Shown one piece after another: positions 59,673-64,000 of a stretch of 64,000 nucleotides of DNA. Within the stretch, counting starts at the first letter, position 1, and every line of letters begins with the position of its first letter. The notes beneath the pieces were generated by a model that saw only the letters and a program-made list of their open reading frames with translations, ran no database searches and was not told the origin of the DNA. Made by a program: the position numbers and the translations under genes. This stretch comes from Dehalococcoidia bacterium (GTDB lineage: Bacteria > Chloroflexota > Dehalococcoidia > Plut-88900): contig CBDBLV010000004.1 in assembly GCA_965207225.1 (NCBI GenBank), forward strand, positions 768,001-832,000, read 5' to 3'.

Positions 59673-61910
59673 CTATCCCTTCGCCATCCGGTAGCCGACG
59701 CGGGGCTCGGTGAAGATGTACTTTGGATTTGTGGCGTTGTCTCCCAGCTTGCGCCGAAGGTTTCTGAGTGTGGCGCGAAGCAATTGAACGTCGCCTGCGA
59801 ACTCCAACCCCCAGACCCGTTCGAGGATCTGGTCGTGAGTCATCACCCGTCCGCCGTTGACGGAAAGTTCGAACAGCAGCTTGTACTCGGTAGCGGACAA
59901 CGACGCCTCATGACCGGATATGGCGACCGCGCGGTCTGTATAGTTGATGCTCAACTCTCCCAGATGAAAGGGTTGACGCCGGGTAGCCGCGCCTGCCGCC
60001 TGCCGCTTTCGCAGTGACGCTTCGACCCTAGCGATCAGTTCAGTCGAAGAGAAGGGCTTGACGATATAGTCGTCGGCGCCCATATCGAGAGCCTTCACCA
60101 CGTTATCTTCCTGATCATTGGCGGACAGGAATATGATCGGCGTGTCGGACACCTCGCGGACGCGGTTCATCAACTCGAACCCGTTCGCGCCGGGCAGCGT
60201 CAGGTCCATCAAGACAAGCTGGGGGCGCTCCGTATCCAGGAAACGCATCATCTCGCCCGAGTTGACGGCGCCGAAAGTCGCGTACCCGCGGTCGTCGAGT
60301 ATGGTTCGGAGCAGCCGCAGGATTTGACGATCGTCATCCACCGCGAGAATCTTCGTCATGTCGCCGGATCTGAGCGCCGGAGCGCCGATGGTGGGCGGCT
60401 GAACGGCGTCGGCTAATGCGGGAATCGTGAATACTATCCGAGTGCCCTGTCCTTCGCCGCCGCTCTCAGCGCGGATTCTGCCCCCGTGCGCTTCCACTAT
60501 GCCCTTGCAGATAGCAAGCCCAAGACCTTCGCCAGCGACGCTTCGCTCGCTGCCGGCGGTCTCTATCCTCGAGAACTTCTTGAACAGGTTGGATAGCTGG
60601 TCGGCGGGTATTCCCCTGCCTTCGTCCGATACTGAGAAAGCGACGTAGATGTCGTCCTTAGACGCGGTTAGCTTGATGGTCGCGGTCTCGCCGGAGTACT
60701 TGGATGCGTTGGATAGTAGGTTGTTCAGCACCTGAACGATTCGCTTCCCGTCCGCCGAGACCTTCGGCAGGTTCGGCGAGATTTCCACCACTACCGGGTT
60801 TCGTCGCCCTTGGCGTATGAACGCCATCCTTGCTTCGTCAACAATCGTCCCCACTTCCGCAGGCTCGATATCCACCGATATAGACCCCGATTCTATCTGC
60901 GTCATGTCGAGTAGATTGTTCACGAGGTCGCGCAGGTGATCCGCCTGCTGATCTATCATGCGAAAGTACTGCATCATCTCGGAACCTGTCGGGGAAGTGG
61001 AACTGCCCAGCACAATGCCGGCGCAGCCCTTAATGGTAGTCAATGGCGTTCGCAGCTCGTGGCTCACCATGGCGAGGAATTCGCGGCGTAGCCGCTCCAC
61101 TTCCTCCAAGGGAGTCATATCCTGTATCACGGCGACGGCGGACACTATCTCGCCGTCTTCGGAATAGATGGGCGTGGCGTTGACGAGGGTAGGCACCTTG
61201 CGCCCGTTGGGGAGATCGAACAGTATCTCTTCCGCCCGCGTGACGTCGCCGCGGTCCAGCGCCCTTGCCAACGGGCGCTCGTTGCTTTCGTACTTCTCCC
61301 CGTCCATGCGTCGGTAGAGCGCAACCTCGTGGTAGCGCACGAGGGTAGAGCCTGGCTCCGGGGAGACTCCCAAGATGCGCTCCGCTTCCTGATTGACCGA
61401 CGCGAACGTTCGGGTTTTGGCGTCAACCACCAGAACGCCCACCGGCGAGGTCTCCACCAGCGCAACCAATCTGCGCCGCTCGGTCTCTGCCTGCTCTCTG
61501 CTTCGCCGCTCTTCCTGATGTCTGATGGCGTTGACTATGGCGACGGCGGCTTGCGACGCGAACAGCGCCAGTATCTCTTCGTCTTCTTCCGAGAACTCAT
61601 CGCCGCCTTCCTTCCCGGCAAGGTATATGTTGCCCAGCGACTTGCCGAGATGGAAGATAGGCGTTTCGAACGACGGCCGCCGTTCTGGAGTAACGCCGGA
61701 AGTGATGAATTCCCCAATCCGCCCGGATTCGTCGAACAGCCCGACCGCGCCGTACCGAGCGTCGGTCAGCGAGCGAGCGCTGTCAACGATTTCCTGAAGC
61801 GCGGCGTCCGGTTCCCAAATCTCGGAGACACGGCAGCTGACCTCGATCATCTTGGCGAAGCGAGCGCGCAGGGCATCGGTCTCTCGCCTAGCGGCGTCGG
61901 CCTTCTTCAT
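59673..61910 (-). CDS. Cytoplasmic one-polypeptide two-component protein: GAF-PAS-HisKA-HATPase-REC-OmpR-type winged helix
   Basis: RBS GGAGG, ATG at 61910. Motifs VSHELRTPL, NLLSNASKY, DEGRG, GEGLGL, LAVDDD...LMDL...KPF, and SATEYKLL...LRRKLGD...TEPRVGY. No TM segment. Confidence 0.93.
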   Translation of the reverse strand: MKKADAARRETDALRARFAKMIEVSCRVSEIWEPDAALQEIVDSARSLTDARYGAVGLFDESGRIGEFITSGVTPERRPSFETPIFHLGKSLGNIYLAGKEGGDEFSEEDEEILALFASQAAVAIVNAIRHQEERRSREQAETERRRLVALVETSPVGVLVVDAKTRTFASVNQEAERILGVSPEPGSTLVRYHEVALYRRMDGEKYESNERPLARALDRGDVTRAEEILFDLPNGRKVPTLVNATPIYSEDGEIVSAVAVIQDMTPLEEVERLRREFLAMVSHELRTPLTTIKGCAGIVLGSSTSPTGSEMMQYFRMIDQQADHLRDLVNNLLDMTQIESGSISVDIEPAEVGTIVDEARMAFIRQGRRNPVVVEISPNLPKVSADGKRIVQVLNNLLSNASKYSGETATIKLTASKDDIYVAFSVSDEGRGIPADQLSNLFKKFSRIETAGSERSVAGEGLGLAICKGIVEAHGGRIRAESGGEGQGTRIVFTIPALADAVQPPTIGAPALRSGDMTKILAVDDDRQILRLLRTILDDRGYATFGAVNSGEMMRFLDTERPQLVLMDLTLPGANGFELMNRVREVSDTPIIFLSANDQEDNVVKALDMGADDYIVKPFSSTELIARVEASLRKRQAAGAATRRQPFHLGELSINYTDRAVAISGHEASLSATEYKLLFELSVNGGRVMTHDQILERVWGLEFAGDVQLLRATLRNLRRKLGDNATNPKYIFTEPRVGYRMAKG

Positions 61911-62031
61911 ATCGCCTCCCGAATCGTGCTGGCATCCCATTGGACCATCTCGTCCGGCGACGGGATGGGAGCGCATCATATCACAGTCCCTGCCGCGTGG
62001 GAGTGTGCTGGGGGAAAGCCATCCTGGATTC

Positions 62032-62096
62032 TTTGATGGTTTTTTGATGGAAATGGCGTTGTTTTTGATATCCGTTTGATGTTGGGCGTCTATGAT
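62032..62096 (+). promoter_or_regulatory. Four TTTGAT(G/A) boxes plus -10 TATGAT
   Basis: Boxes at 62032, 62043, 62064 and 62075; -10 at 62091; identical geometry to 56026-56090. Confidence 0.7.
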
Positions 62097-62187
62097 GGGC
62101 AGTGTATGGGTTAGAGAGGGGCGACGGATGGACAGGCTGAAGGCCTGCTTGTAGTGTCAAAATCCAGAATACACGATCTAGAGGAGA

Positions 62188-63888
62188 ATGATCATGACAC
62201 GGGTATTGTTTCTAAAATTTCTGCTACGGTGGATGGTACTGCCAATAGTAGCAGTTACGGTTTTCGGTGTCTCGGTACTTGCTGGGGCGAGTACCGCTTA
62301 CGCTTACAACGATAGCGGTTCTACACCGTGCGTGTGGCAATACGAAGCAAACACGACACTCCAGCTACCATATGTTGCTGACCCAGATCACCCGCCCAGC
62401 GGCGCGTACGCAACTGCCTACTCTCGAGCGCGATCGTCATGGAATGGTTCAGACACGCCAGTTTCCTTTCAGCATGACGGTTCACAGTCCAACCATAAGA
62501 TAGGAGTTCGAGACCTTGGACAGTCGGGTAGCGTTTCCTTTTAGGTGGTAGAAGACAGCAGTCCACGTCGCTGAAGCAGGATCATCAGGTTGTGTGGATT
62601 CCACCAGGTTCCCATCCGCTCCCGCCGTCTAAGCTCACGATTCAACCGTTCAAGCAGAGAGGTGGTCTTGTAACGTGACTGTCCACTCACAAGGTGCGCC
62701 AAGCCCTTGCTCAACGCCTTCTCGCACCAGTACTCGGCTTCGCCGCCACTCAGGTACATTGCGTGTTCAGCGTGAGTCCGAGCCTCAGCCGGACTCTCAG
62801 ACCTCAGTAGTTTCAGAGCTTCGGAGAACCCCGCCTCGCCTATGTTCCTGAGGTATTCTCTCAGCAGATGGAACTGACACAGCTGGTGGTTGGCCTCTCT
62901 GCCATAGGTCATCTCTATCGCCGACGCTATCGCAAGGTCCCCGTCGCTCACTATATGTACAGGAGACTCCGCGCCACGCATATACGCCTCGGCAACAGTC
63001 TCCTCCCAACTGTCGAACGTCGCCATCACGTTGCCCCTGTCGTCACGGACCACCTTCATCTCCACAGCGCCCTGTGCGGTTCGTGTCCACAACCCGTCCA
63101 TCTCCAGGACATCCCCACCCATGCTGGTCGCTCGCAGCTTCTCCTTCCTTATCCACTTGCACAGCGTACTCTTTGCGAATCCAAACAACTTCCCGACCTG
63201 AGCGTAGCTCAGACCCAGCGCCGCCAACTCTATCGCCTTCTCTCTGGTTTTTTTGAGTACCGGTTCCTCTTTTCGTCTCCCAGAAGCTCCATTCCACTAC
63301 TCATGAGTCCACACTCAGAGCAGCGGAACTTCGGGACCGATAGCCTGAGTTCACCGTCCTTTGTGATTATCGAGCGCGGGTAGCTTTGGTGTCTGCTCAT
63401 CGCAAGGTCGCACTCAACGCACATCGGCCTGTAAGCGTCCAGGGCGGACTGGAGTCTGTCCTGCATATACTGGGCCATCGTACGATCTCTCTGTTCTTCC
63501 AATTGATATAGCAGACCCGACATCGCTTGCCCCTCCTCAATGGTGTGCCTGAGCTCATCCTATAACCTGACCACCTAAAAGGAAACGCTACCGACAGTCG
63601 GGACCTCTGGGAAGAACGTCTTGGTCATGCTTTTCTTGGTTCCACAAGCGATCTGCAACGACCACACTGTTGAACTCGGCTATCTTAGACAGCAAGAGCG
63701 CGAATTACAAGAGATCAGTCGCTACTCACGAACTGGGACACTACATCGGTGTTCGACATAGTAGCGAGTCGCCCGCTGTCATGAAGACCAGTAGAAACCG
63801 CAATACGATCTATCTGGTGTACGAAGACGACGAGTGTGCGGTGAATGACAGGTACTCGCATACGAGCTACCCAGTGACCTGTGATTAG
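62188..63888 (+). pseudogene. Secreted matrixin-like metallopeptidase split by an IS
   Basis: Removing 62527-63600 restores one frame: ...ARSSWN...VRDLGQS|GPLGRTSWSC...ATHELGHYIGVRHSSESPAVM...stop at 63888. Confidence 0.9.
62527..63592 (-). mobile_element. Compact 1066-bp IS with IS256/Mutator-type (CxxH) DDE transposase in two frames
   Basis: Perfect 23-bp inverted repeats GGTAGCGTTTCCTTTTAGGTGGT; 8-bp target duplication GACAGTCG (62519-62526, 63593-63600). ORFs 63523-63230 (CxxC...CxxC) and 63227-62541 (EMDG, VSDG, QLCQFH, TTSLLERLN) join at an A7 run. Confidence 0.93.
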
Positions 63889-63916
63889 AAACAAGTAACG
63901 AAAAGGAGGTTAAACT

Positions 63917-64000
63917 ATGAAATTCAGAATGTTCGCATTCTTTGGCACCATAGTAGTTGCAGGGCTTATCTTTGGGATCCTAGTGGCTCCAAATTTGATA
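63917..64000 (+). CDS. Start of an exported or membrane-anchored protein (runs off the right edge); positional partner of the split peptidase
   Basis: RBS AAGGAGGT; MKFRMFAFFGTIVVAGLIFGILVAPNLI. Confidence 0.7.
   Translation, partial: MKFRMFAFFGTIVVAGLIFGILVAPNLI

Overview
This 64-kb window is accessory DNA with no housekeeping, rRNA, tRNA or CRISPR genes. The gene families and composition suggest a host- or sponge-associated Chloroflexi (Dehalococcoidia/SAR202-like) genome; that is inference only. It has four zones. (1) 1-7 kb: a SNF2 helicase-DUF3883 gene translationally coupled to a sacsin-like GHKL ATPase gene that runs off the left edge and is missing from the ORF track. (2) 8-17.6 kb and 55-64 kb: four copies of a secreted zinc metallopeptidase gene. 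Three are followed by a lipoprotein with a TIMP/NTR-like sequence pattern; the fourth neighbour is cut off by the window end. Three loci are headed by a divergent GAF-type kinase gene (one intact, cytoplasmic GAF-PAS-HisKA-HATPase-REC-wHTH protein and two decayed fragments) and a promoter with four tandem boxes spaced 11/21-22/11 bp. This cassette is the best candidate for an undescribed system. (3) 18-43 kb: a stack of decayed genomic-island heads (HTH genes, repeated motifs, RHH plus a truncated serine recombinase) around a 13-kb defence cluster. The cluster is a type I R-M locus with AbiE, a membrane protein, a ThsB-like TIR and an unknown gene nested between hsdM and hsdS, followed by a SIR2-APAZ/short Argonaute (SPARSA) pair. 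(4) 43.6-53.7 kb: an ISAs1 element next to a 2891-aa adhesin whose 5' end carries a C15 tract. All family assignments come from motif recognition by eye; no database searches were run.
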